Source: Moniliella sp. 'wahieum' (Eukaryota). Taken from it: a stretch of 64,000 bases of DNA. This document shows positions 29,037 through 41,088 of this stretch, piece after piece. Position numbers and translations under genes: made by a program. The notes below the pieces were generated by a model. That model saw only the letters and a program-made list of their open reading frames with translations, was not told the origin of the DNA and ran no database searches. Location of the stretch: NCBI GenBank assembly GCA_003971905.1, contig RSEE01000073.1:124001-188000 (forward strand), written 5' to 3'. The number at the start of each line of letters is the position of its first letter. Within the stretch, counting starts at the first letter, position 1.

Positions 29037-31425
29037 CTAGCGGCGGCGCTCGGCGGCGCGGAAGAGGGCGCGCTCCATGCGCTCCCACGTGCGCACGCCG
29101 CCCGGGTCCTGCGCGCCCCACAGCAAGTCGTGCGCAAACGGCGCAAACGTGTCGCGCACCTCCACCAGCGACGAGCGCAGCACCGTGTGCACCACCGCCC
29201 AGTCGCTCTCCACGTCCGTCCCCCCGACGACGGCGACCACGGCAGCGCAGCCTCCAACGCCGCCGTCAACGCCCGCATCACCGCCGGCACGTCCCGCTGC
29301 ACCGTCCCATACCGATCTTCCTCCGTCGAGTGCACCGCCAGTGCACACACCGTCTGTGCCGCCCAGGCAGCCGCCGCAGCCGAGCCGCCTTGCGCGCCCG
29401 CCGGTCCCACCAGCGTCCGCTCCACCACCACCGCCGAAGGCTGCAGCGCTGCCTGGGTCCATTCGACACCCAGCGCCTTGGCACCGTGGCACCAGCTCTG
29501 CAGCCAGGGCGGCAAGCGCGGCAGCAGATGCGTTTCAAACAACGTGTGCCCAAACCGCAGCAGACGCAACAGGCCCGCGCCCGCCTGCGCACCATAGTGC
29601 GCCGCGGTATTCTGAGCCAAGGCCAGCTGCACCTGCGCACGCGGGGTGTTGGAGTCGGTGCTGGAGGGAGCGGGCAACCGCCGGATCGCATGTTCCACGG
29701 GCGGAGTGGCCACCGGGGTAGCAAAGAAAGGTTGTCTTGCGGTCGCCGTGTCGCTGGCCAGGCGTTCCCACACGGAGCTCGAGGTGGCCCGGACAGGTTC
29801 GGATCCCAATTGGGACACAGCCTTGGACACAGGTTGGGACACTTGTGGTTGGGCCGGCGTAGGTGGGGTGGGCTTGGGCTTGGGCTGCGGTGCAGTGACA
29901 AGAGCGCCGAGCCGCTGTTCAAATGCAGTGAGTTCATGCACACACCCTTTCAGCGCGGTGGTCCATGCTGAAGCACCTGCAGGGGGCAGGTCATTGTACA
30001 CCGCGGTACGAGCCGTGGCGGTGGTTCCCACAGCCGACGCGAGCGAGGCAAATGCAAAGGGCGCATATTCCTGTTCGAGCGACTGGAGAGTGGGCTTGAG
30101 GGCCGGGCCATGCGGAGCATCGACGGAAGGAAGAGGATGGGAGACGTAGACGGACCAGAAGACGCGGGCGACGGTCCAAGAAATGGCCAACGCGAGATGG
30201 ATGAGAAGGAGGGTCAACCCAGGCGAAGAGAGGCTCGTTCCGATGTGGGAAAGCGAAGGGGCAAAGTAGGCCCCCGTCCAAAGCGGACGACGGAACGAAG
30301 GCACAACAGAGGGACCGATGAGGGAGAAGACGCTGGCCCAAAGCGAACGGCGAATGAGCGGGTAGCACGCCAAGTAAAGTACCGAGACCACAAAAGTAGC
30401 CACCGCCGTCGCAGGAAGGGACAGTCCCGATAGCGTTGTCCAGGTTGCCGGACCGTACCAACTGTGCCTTGTTCCCTGTCCCCACTGGGGAAGGGGACTG
30501 TGAGCAAACGAGGGGAACAAAGAGTACAACAGCAGCTCGGGCAGGGGAGGGGAGTGGTGCCGCTGCATGCACTCGCAACGCCGGGGTTGTGAAGAGCCAC
30601 GAGCCAGGGGAAGGGACGAGAGGAGGTGCAGGCGTTTGAGGTGGCTCCTTGCGTGATGTACGGGAAAGATACCACGCTTGGACAGAAGGAGCCACGTCTG
30701 CAACGAGGGACAGAGTGACGCCAACGGCCAGAGAGGAGACCAAGGTGACGAGCACCAGCTCGTTGGGTCGCATGTCGAGGACGCGAATGCCTGGAGCAGG
30801 CCAAGGCTGAACCAAAACTGTGCCGGATGCGGCCGCCGGCGGGGCGGGTAAGCGCAAGGCCCACGGCGAGGTGGAGGTGAGGGCAGCGCAGGTCGCATCT
30901 GCACCCAGGGCCGGGAGGGAGGGCGTCAGGAAGCGGAGAGCGAGGAGGAGGGGCAGAGTAAACCCAAGCGAGCAGAGGGCGTGCAGCGCAGCCGACATCC
31001 AGACCGTCGAGTCAAACAGGGTGGCGAGGAGGGCAGCGAGCGGGCTGTGGGGGTGGGCGCGGCTGAAGAGGGGAGCGGAGGAGGGTGGTGAGGGCAGCAC
31101 TGCGCTTGGCGTGCGTGCTGGTCGTATGCACCTTGGCTGAGGTTCGGGCGAGGAAGAGCAGGGGAAAGACACCGAATCCAGCGGCGAAAAGCGAGGCGAA
31201 GAACCACACGGAGCCCGTGGCGACCCAGCTGACGCGGGCGCGAGTGGGAGCGGCACAGGCTGCGGGCGTGGGCGCGGCGGCGTGGGTGCCGGACCAGAGC
31301 ACGACGGCCGCAGCGGCGGCGATGGTGGCCAGCACGTACAGATGGATGCGCTTGGTGCGTGTGGCGAGGGTGCGCCGGACGAGGTCCGAGAAGGGGTGCG
31401 CGGCGAGCGCAACGCCCATGGACAT
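29037..31425 (-). CDS. NDC1: Nucleoporin Ndc1 (transmembrane pore/SPB anchor)
   Basis: Multiple N-terminal hydrophobic segments, AFASLA..ARTAVYND..WTTALKGC, and the Ndc1 C-terminal signature HSTEEDRYGTVQRDVPAVM. Fragmented by indels and probable introns. Confidence 0.8.
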
Positions 31426-32129
31426 GTTGGGTGTGTTGGCTGGCGGACGCAGCGGAGGTTGGCTGCGGGTGGGCGAGTAAATTCCAGCCGCCACCCACGG
31501 GCCCAGTCACGCCGCTTACGTCAGTTGCACCGACCGCAGTAACCCTACCACCGCACGACGGCCAGGCCAGTCAAATTCGATCTTGATATTCGTCCGCCGC
31601 GTCGTTTTGGTGTGGGTGCCCCATGCTGTTTTTGTTGATGGCCACGCCCCATCCCTATTGAGTCACCGCGCTGATCGGCCCAATGCTTCTGCGGCCGCAC
31701 TGCCGCTTCCTCGTCCATCCATCCTCCATCCGCGAGGTGCCGTGGCCCGGATGGACAGGCGGCGGCGGGGCTTCCGTCTGGCGTGGGGCGAACATCACCG
31801 CGCAATGCCCCGCAGGACAGGACGGAGGCGGGTGGCGCTGGCGAGAAAGGCAGGGACGAGTGGCGACGCGCTGTAACCCGCCGCTTCCACCCACCGAATG
31901 AATGAAAGAGCAGACACACGCACGATACGCCCCACGTGGGGCAGGCACAGCGCCAGTGTGTGGGCCCGCCAAGGCCCTGCGTCGCCCCCGTTCAACGTTC
32001 ACGCAGGCACGCGGTGATGGATCATGCATCCCCTGCTGTAACCCTCTGCTGGCCATCGCCGCCCGCTCGTGTGGGCGCAGCGTGCTTCCCTCGCCGGCCG
32101 CCATCGCCCCCCCCAGGCAGCCCACCGCC

Positions 32130-34807
32130 ATGGCCGACACCAAGCCCGGCGGGTGGAAGGCGGCTGGCCATGCGCGTCGGACGCAGCCCCACCGCCCACC
32201 GGCCCCCCCGGCCCCCCGCCGCCCACTGGGCCGCGCAGCACCCGCTACTACCACCCGCGGCCTCGCATTCATCCCAGCCCCAGCCCCAGCCCCAGCCCGC
32301 CGCTGCCCCCGCACGCCGCCTCCGCCTACTCCTCCCCGCACCCTCCGCCGCCAAGACACAGCGCGCGCCCGCACCCTCGTCTCCGCGCCTCGCCCCCCGC
32401 CCTCGCCCACAGCGCTCCACCCGCCGCCCCACGTCCGCAAGCAAACCGACCGCCATCACGCCCTACCTCCCCCCCGCTTCCACCACCCCATCCGCCTCGC
32501 ATTCGGGCGCTGCGTCGGCCTCGGCAGCCACCTCGCCTTCCGCCTCCTCTCGTTCGCCCCGCACCCATTCCCCCCGTGCCCCGCTCGCGTCGAGGCGCCA
32601 CTCCCCGTTCGGGCCGCAGTCTCGTCACATGCCCTCCTGAAACGCACCGCCCGCGCCATCCCCCTCGCCCACACGAAGGACCGCCGTCTCAACCCATTCC
32701 GCAGATGCCTACCCTCCTTCTTCTCGCCTGCACGCCCGCATACGCGTGACCGGCTTCCACTCACAACCCAAGCAGGATTCCCTCGAACAAGGACGAAACG
32801 ATGGTAAGTCCCCAGCTTGGTCCCACGGGCTAACTCACCTCTTTGGGGTTACTAACCAGCTTGCTCCTGCCCCAGACCCAGACTTGGCCGCCTACATGCA
32901 AGCACCACGGCGGCTGTGCATCTGTCGGCTGGGCATCTCGTTTGGCGCTACGGCGCCCGGGTCGCTCTCGTCCAATTCGGTTGTTCCCGGGGAGAACCGG
33001 CCGTGTCGCTTCAGCTAGCCCCGCCCTGTCGGACCGAACTTCATCGTCTGCGCAGCTAGCTTGCGCACTTTGCACCGCTTGTTCCCCGGCCCCTGCATGG
33101 CGCGCGAGGGGCAGGGAGTGGAAGTGATTCTGAGATGAGGGACGACGGATTACGTTTGGTCCACCGGAGGACCTGGAAGCTTCACGTGCAACAGGTGCGA
33201 GTGCCATCAGTCCGATTGACCTCCCTTCGTCCGACCTGCCGCCAGTGGAGGAAAATGCGCACCCTTCTCCCGGCCCTTCTCGCCGTCGCACGTTGAATAC
33301 AAAGAACGCGATGGGAACGGCCCCGACCCAAAAGAGGAGGCAACATGAGACGCGCTCGTTCATTGCGAGTCGAACCGCGCTTTCGCGACTCCACCCCTGG
33401 CGAAGGGGAGCGAGGGAAAGATAGCCCTGAGCCTATTCGCAGGCATGCCGTCGGTCGTATGGGGAGCGTGCGACGGAGGGAGCCACGTCGCCAGACCAGT
33501 CTGTCCCACAGGGGGAGAGCTGTGGTGCGCCGCCGACGGTCGGGACGGGGGTGGTAACCAAACGCCTACGTTGACCTTGGCCGATCCTCCTTCCGATCCT
33601 CCTCGGTGGTGGCCTCTCCCCCCAGTCGGTGTGGAACTGCGGATGGATAAGTCACGTGGTCCCACGCGTCGTCCGATCGAGGTAGGGCCTTCGCACTTCA
33701 GCAAGATTCGTCTGTTGGGCAAAGGCGATGTAGGCCGAGTGTATTTGGTACGGGACAAGCATGCGGGTACACTTTATGCTATGAAGGGTAAGTCTCATCT
33801 CGATCGGTGGGGGGTGAGTAAGGAAGGTACTGACGGAAGTTGACGCAGTGCTCAACAAAAAGGAGATGCTGAAACGCAACAAGGTCAAAGGGTATTGTCG
33901 GAACAGCGCATTCTGTTGGCTCCACCATCCCTTTATCGTTACGCTACACCACACGTTCCAGTCCGACGATTTCTCTATCTTTGCGCTCGAATTTGCTGAA
34001 GGAGGTGAATTTTTTTGCGGCACTCCAAGCGTGTGAGGGCAACGCGTTGGCCGAAGCCGATGCACGTTCTATGCGGCCGAAGTGGTTACCGCGCTGGCGT
34101 CCTACATGCCCATGGGTTCATCTACGCGACCATCAAGCTGAAAACTTGCTTCTGTCCCAAGACGGCCACATCCTTTTGTCCGACTTTGACCTGTCGGCCC
34201 AAATGAGCGGCAAAACTGGGTGGCAGACCAACTCATTTGTGGGGACCGAGGAGTACATTGCACCGGAAGTGATTCGGGGAGAAGGACACGGGAGCAGTGT
34301 GGATTGGTGGACTTTGGGTGTGTTGGTGTATGAGATGGTATACGCTCGGACTCCCTTCAAGGGCCGCACGCGGGACCAGACCTTTGACCGGATCCTTTCT
34401 TCCGAGGTGGCGTTTCCGCCTGCGCCACCTGGCGCTGGAGGCGGACTAAGCTCGAGTGGAAAGTCGTTGGTTCGTCAATTGCTGGACAAGGACGAGACGC
34501 AGCGGCTGGGAAGCCCGGAGCGTGGTGGGGCTGCGGACGTGCGTGCGCACAAGTGGTTTGCCACCACACCCTGGTCCGAGCTCCGACAGCTGACTCCCCC
34601 ATCAAGCCGGGAACGGTGTATGTGAGCCGGCGAGACGATGGGTATGGGGACGCTGGGGCTGCAGAGGAGGATGAGCTGGTAGCTTATCACCCCAGCTTGG
34701 CGCGAGCGCGACCCGTGGAACGGCCCAAAGTGGTTGAGCGCCGACGGCGGGCAGACGATCCGTTTGCTGCATTCGAGTGCGTGACGCTCGCCCATACGGA
34801 GGACTGA
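32130..34807 (+). CDS. AGC-family Ser/Thr kinase, Fpk1/Kin82/Nrc-2 type (DFD motif); many indels in the kinase domain
   Basis: EVGPSHFSKIRLLGKGDVGRVYLV..YAMK, intron ~33789-33848, VLNKKEMLKRNKVK, HPFIVTLHHTFQ, GGEFF, LSDFDLS, TNSFVGTEEYIAPEVI, VDWWTLGVLVYEM, RLG..GAADVRAHKWF, and the family C-terminal DPFAAFECVTL. Start and N-terminal exons are tentative. Confidence 0.88.
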
Positions 34808-35249
34808 GCGCTCCGGTCTTGTTCCAAGGCTCCTGGGATCTCCTTGCGTTGGGTCCCTGCTATTTCGTTCGACATTATTCCTCTTCTCTGCACCCTGCTC
34901 GCTCGTCTTCTGGCAACTGCCCTGCCCAAAAATTGTTCCTCTAGTCCAATCATGAAATGGGTGATGAGATGACGCGATGACGAACGAGCTGCTCCGTAGA
35001 AAAGCTAGTTGGAGCCTGGTCGACGGATTGGCGCTGCGCCAAGAAAGAATCAAACCATGAATCAACAACCCAACTCGGAACGAAGCAGATTTATATTAGA
35101 AGCGGTGTGGCGCTGGGGGCTGCGACAGACGCCGGACGCCCCTGGGCTGAGCGGGGGGGCTGTGGGCGCTGGGCAGCCGTCGGCCCCGCCACTACACCAC
35201 ACTGCACAAGCCGCATTGCACCACACCCGCTGCCCGCCCTGGGTGCTCC

Positions 35250-37110
35250 AGTGCCATCACGCCCTCTTCCTCCCCCGCATTCTCCCCCACCACCGCCCGC
35301 ACCTGCCCCCCCCCTTCCTCGGTCGGCAGTCTCCGTAGTCTGGTCCTGCTTCCCCTACGCGCCACGGCCCATCACCTCCCGTGGGTACGCATCAGCATCC
35401 ACGCCAACAACCGCGACGATGCGCACCTTTTTCACTCCCTCTGAGGCTGCCCCTTTGCCGTCGCCCGTCGAAAGCATCCCGCACTCAGCCTCGTCCTATC
35501 GAGAACGTGCTCGATACCTAGCAGCTGCTCGGCTGGTAGGACAAACCTCCTCAGCCTCGCAAGTGGACGCTTCCACCGAGCGGCCCTCCCTGCTTGAAAA
35601 AGCCAATGTCAAACCTACCACCCTTGCCTCTTCCGCCCCCGATGATCTCAATTGCACAACGCCCGTGGACCTGGGGGCAGAGCCAGAGCTTGTCCCTCCA
35701 TCGGTCGCTACATGTGCAACCCCGATGTAAGGGGGACTTCGTCCCTCCCACAATGACCAACAGATCGGTTGGTGAAGATACCCCCCTCCACCCGTTAGCA
35801 ACCTATCCTTCCTTCGTCGAGCCAAGAGTCTTCTGCATCGGCCGTCACGAGGAATGGGCGCTTCATTGACCCAGACCGCCGCTCAGTCGGACGAAGCTTT
35901 GACGCGCAGCGCCTCGAGCGCTAGTAGGCGCTCCTTACGCCCGCTCTGGAGTCGACATACTACTACCACTACCCCACCCCAACATGGGCAGAAGAACGAT
36001 GCGCCCGAGGTGCAGCCTGCTTCCTTGGGACAAGGCAAGGTGGGCCATTTCTTTCTTCTCGCGTTGGCAGTCTTCGAGGTCGGAGACCAGCAACTCTTTC
36101 GATGACGCCACCCTCGCATCGCAACAGTAGCCCAAACCCAACGCACCTGGCGAGCACTTACGCGTGGGTACCAACCTTCACCGTCAAGCCTCGTCTTCCT
36201 CGTTCCAGCCTAGCCTGATGATAACCACGATTACCCCGCCCCGCACGGGCGAGACGACACCTGGAGGCATCCGCACCACACCATCCAAGAAAGAAGATTC
36301 AGACTGTCCCCTTGTTCTACCGTGTCGACGGGTACCTTGTCGACGGATGTCCGGAGTGGCCCCACCTCAACTCCGATTCCCCATCCTCTACCCGCCCTAT
36401 CTCAATTGGAAGAGGACCATGCTGGCGATCCAAACGGTTTACCCTTCCAGTTCTCTTGCCCAAGACGAAGGAGAAGGATGAGTCGGGTTTGGCACGCCGA
36501 TCTCGGGTGCCAAGTCGTGTGGTTCGTCGCACATCATCTTCCGCGATGAAGGGTGCAACAAGCGTCAATCCGTTCTTTCTGTCCTCTCCGCTCAGCACTC
36601 ACTTCAAGCCAACAGAATGAGCTTTGGGGGGGAAATCCCGTCGGAGCTGCGGGAGTTGCTGAAACGTCAATCGCGAGCGAGTGCTAACCTCGGACCAAGT
36701 ACCCAACGAGATGCCTCCCTGGAAGGAAACATTGTCTTTCCGCTCGCACCTCCGCTACCGTCCGAATGGCAAGGAACGAAACGCGAGCGCCTCTTGTCAA
36801 GTGCAAGCCAGTATACCCAACCTTCCCCTGGTAGCGCTGTATCCTCTGACCCACCACTCCAGCTCCCTGGCATGGGGCATATTGAAATTGCGGAGCATGA
36901 TGAGGAGGAAATGTGGTCTGGCATGTCCTCGAAGGCTTTCAAGAGGGGGAAAGCAGTCTCCCTCTTAGCCCTGCTGAGCCACACAACGACGGATGGCGGT
37001 CGCCTCGGCGGGTCAGTCGTTCAGAACGGGGCAGCAACGATTCTCGATGCGAGTTGCCTCAGACACCTCAGCTCGAGATGGGAGCTGAGGCAGAGAGAGA
37101 GAGGCAGCTG
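35250..37110 (+). CDS. Putative low-complexity Ser/Pro/Arg-rich hypothetical protein, fragmented
   Basis: Chain of overlapping + strand ORFs (35107, 35854, 36164, 36312, 36617) with similar disordered composition and RRxS motifs; no recognisable domain; boundaries uncertain. Confidence 0.35.
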
Positions 37111-38395
37111 CAGGATGAAGCGCGGCGTACGTTTCTTGCCCCCCTATACGTGTTACATCTTATTTCTAAAATTGTCATAATGCAGGTGCAGAGAGGATAC
37201 TGACTCCTTTACTCTCCCATCCGGCAGAAGATTCCCTCGACGGATCGGAGGCAAAACAGCATCCTTCCGCAAAAGCCCTCGAGCTCCAATCGGAGGTTCA
37301 GCTCGACACAAACGTCCATTCGGATAGGGAGCCCGACGTTCATGTGATCTGGACTACGGATGACGATGTGGCGGCCATGCTCGAGTCTCTTTCGCGCGGC
37401 ACTGACTCGGCCAAGTTTGAGATCAAGTTCCACCATCCCACCACCACCGCATCTGCATTGGCTCATCCTCCTCATAGCCAACCGTCCTACCACCTCCTGT
37501 CTCCTCACTAAACCACTCTCTCACGCAACAATGCAAAACGGTTTCGATTCCCTTCGTGTCTTCCATTTTACCATTGTCTTCACGACACACTCGGCCGTCA
37601 TCATGCACACTCTCTCTAAGGGATGAGATTCATCGCACACGCGTCTTGTACACCTCGGTCGCTCCTTGTGTTGGCTGTACAGATCAGCTCTCGGATGTCT
37701 GGTAAAATCTCATCGACCAAACACTTTCCCTCGGGCTCGTTGGTGAGATGAATGAGACAATAGTAATGTCCCCCGGTCACCCTGACAAAATGATAGAGAG
37801 TAGACCGCTGCGGTTAAGCTTTGGGGCAGCACTTTTGTTCCTGTTTCACTCATATGGACAGGGGGTGATATATGATAGCTGGTGTATTTACCAATGTATA
37901 CTCAGTGTTGTCGCGTCGAAGCTGTTGGCGTGATTGTAAAATATACTGTTGGCATATGCCAGCATTTCCTAATCACTCCTTCTTGCTCAACTCTCCCCTC
38001 TGTATCCTTCCTCTGTCGAGAAGCTTCTTCTTGGAATAGAACAAACATCTCTCCCTCATTTCCTTCGTCTTCCACAGATGAAGTTCCCTCTGACGATGAC
38101 AGTGTGCAACGGCCACGCTCTACTATATGACTGTGTGTTGACTGCGTTTGGAGTTTTATCTGGACACAGAGACTGGCAGCAAACGATTATACGGATGGTT
38201 GGTGGTCTTACCTCTCTCTCCTTCATACCCTCGTCTTATCGCTCTTTGGCTTCTCCGGTTCCTCCTTCATCTTTTTGCAGTTAGTAACGCAATAAGTGGC
38301 GCATCTCCTAAAAGGATGGAGGTGTATCCTTCCTTCATTTGTGTACGGCTCTCCACGTTAAAGGCGGAGCACCTGTCCTCACAATCAGTATAGCA

Positions 38396-38483
38396 TCCTC
38401 GATGGTCCAACGGCTATGATGTGACGCTCTCACGGCTACGGCCGAGTACCGTCAAGACCCGGGTTCGACTCCCGGTCGGGGAA
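38396..38483 (+). tRNA. tRNA-Glu(CTC): tRNA-Glu (anticodon CTC) with 16-nt intron
   Basis: Acceptor TCCTCGA/TCGGGGA, anticodon stem TGACG/CGTCA, loop CT-CTC-A, intron 38433-38448, T-arm CCGGG-TTCGACT-CCCGG, T5 terminator at 38487-38491. Confidence 0.95.
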
Positions 38484-39192
38484 CTCTTTTTACTAACCTG
38501 AAATGAACTGTTGCGACTCAATGACCAACTGTGGGCGCCTTACTCGCTATAGATGATCGATGATCAATGATCGATGACCGGTGACCAACGCGTAACATTG
38601 CTGGACCCGAAATCGGGAAACACTAGGGCAGTTACCGGTTACCCTCGTATAGCGTTCGACTCGCCCTTCTCGTTCAAGCTCTTGTCCAGCATGGCCGTAT
38701 TCTGTACCCAGAGCCAACTCTGGCTCCAATCCATCACAACCTTTTCCTCATTCTTCTGCCCATCTGGCCCCCTAGGCCAACCTGAGGCAGTATAAAAAGT
38801 AAGAGTGAGGTAGGGGATGGTAAACACGTAGCCTGCTGGCCTGCGCGCGGCAACTCTGGCACATAATAGGGTCTAGCTTTCAACAGCTACTAGTAATGGT
38901 AGATCATATAGCGACGAGACATTTATAACTCAGTGATCTGTCTGCAACGATGTAAATATTACATTCGTATAGTAGGCTTGGACCGAGAATGAGGAATGAA
39001 GGGAGAGGTTCGATGCATGTGGAAGATTCGTTGGAATAAGATGGGGTGGGGGGTAGCGAAAAAGCAGGGTTATCATTGCCCGTCCCAAAGGAGGTGTTGG
39101 CGGGTCGAATGCCTTTTGCATTTGAGGGGAAGGTGGCAGAGTGCAGGGTAGAAGAGGAGGAAGAAAGCATCATGGACATAATGTCGTCACAG

Positions 39193-41088
39193 TTAAGGGT
39201 TGGTAATCAGAGACTCGGACGGCTTTTCATCCATCTGCATGGGGATTCCCTTCTCGGCCTCGGCCACCTCGTCGGGACCAACGGCTTGCTTCGAGCGGGC
39301 CCGGATCTGAGGACCCCACTTGAACAGGATGTAAGGGATGACGGTCAATGCAACCGCAATGAGGGAAAGAATGAGACCCGCGTATTGGCTTCCTACGTTG
39401 TGGAAGAAGTAGCTGGCGTACAAGGGTGAGGTGGCGCCCAGGGTGTTACGCATCAGACCTGTACCGGCAATGGCACTCGAGGAGTTTGGACCATAGCAGT
39501 CGGCCAAGAAGGAGTAGCAGCTCTCAAAGATCCAGAAGATGCCGAAAGCAATGAGGAAAAGACCAATGATAGGACCTGCGAAGCAGATAGGTCAGTGCCC
39601 CGTTCGTTTTCGGAAAGTTATCGGCAAAGATAGAGGAACGTACCAATCCAGTGGACAAAGGAATATTGCGTGAAACTGTAAATGAATAGACCGAGGAGAG
39701 CAGGCGCACCCCACATGCAACCGTAAAGGCGAGCCTCGGGAGGGGCCTTGCCACCGGTGCGTTGGTTCACCTCGTTGTATTTCCTGATCTGGAGGAAGTT
39801 CAGGAAGTAGGCAGCCGTGCATCCCAGAGCAAGGCCAATGTAAGGCAGACCACTAACGCCCTCGTTCCAGCCCTTGAGCTCCGAGTAGGTAATGCCAATG
39901 ACCGACAGGAACATGAACGTCAGGAACCAGGTGAAGGCGATCCAGAGACCGAAGAAGAAAAAGACAACACCCTCGGTGCAGAGCATGTAAACTGCCTTGA
40001 TCGAAGACGAGTACAGCATTCCCTTAAGGTCAGGGGCCACAAGTTTACCAGCCGTCATGTAGTCCTGGTTGTTCGTGGCCTTGCGGATGATAGCCAGACG
40101 CTTTGTAAGGACAGCCTCGCCACGGGTCTCCTTGAAGAAGATAGCGACGCAGATAAGCAATGGGATGTTGGACATGCCCTGAATACCCTCAACCCAGCGC
40201 CAGCCAATCTTCATGTCGATAAATCCACAGTAAATGGGAGCCGACACGGTACCTACGAAACAGAGTTAGTATACGGGCCAACCGATGAAGGAGTGTAGCA
40301 CGCACCCAAAATGGCAATCCAGGAGAAGGTAGCCATAGGAATGGCACGTTGAGCTGGGCGGTAAATGTCGTCAAATGTACCACCGACCAGAATGGTGCCG
40401 ACGCAACCAAAGAGACCGAGGAAAGCACTTTCACCGTAAATATTCTTGCAGAGAGCGAGGCCAATAAAGAGAGAGAGAGAAGCACAGGTAGGCGCCCACG
40501 TAGATCACCTGACGGCCAGCAAGCTCGCAGAAAGGAGCGAGGAACATGGGAGAAATGGCACAGACGAAGTTAAAAGAGAAAAGCCCGAGCTGAGCGACCT
40601 CAGTGGTTGTATGCAAGTCCTTGACCATCTTGGGCATACCACTGCTGTAGGCAGTAGTGGCCAAACCTGAATTGGGATTGTGGAAGTCAGCAAGTTGTTA
40701 AAGCCGGAAAGATAGGGTATGCGTACCAATGAACAAAGTCATGCCGCAAAGCATGATGACCGTAAAAGCCTTGCGGAGGGGTTCCAGTTGTAAGGGTCCT
40801 GGGGGTCGCCAGCGACGAAATCGATAACGGTGTAGTTGTTCCCGTTATGGTGGGTGGGGATGGTGACAGTCAAGGGCAAGTCGGGTTCAATGGTTACAGT
40901 TCGGTCCTTGAGATCAGGGTCGATCTCATTGGCGTACTTGCCACCGACGATTGTAACCCCGATTTTCCAAGAAGGCAGCTTGGTCAAAGGAGTGAGCGGA
41001 CGCGCCATCTGATGATGGCTCGGCTGTCGGCATCCTTGGTAGCCGTCACAGTAGACTGCTCCGGCTGTTTGCGAACGTTGAGTTTCAT
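39193..41088 (-). CDS. MFS transporter, DHA1 (drug:H+ antiporter 1, Tpo/Flr-like) family
   Basis: DFVAGDPQDPYNW, TTAYSSG, PMFLAPFCELAGRQVIY, GWRWVEGIQ, FKETRG, PEARL and MRNTLGATSPLYA; several short GT-AG introns; many hydrophobic segments; some indels. Confidence 0.92.
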
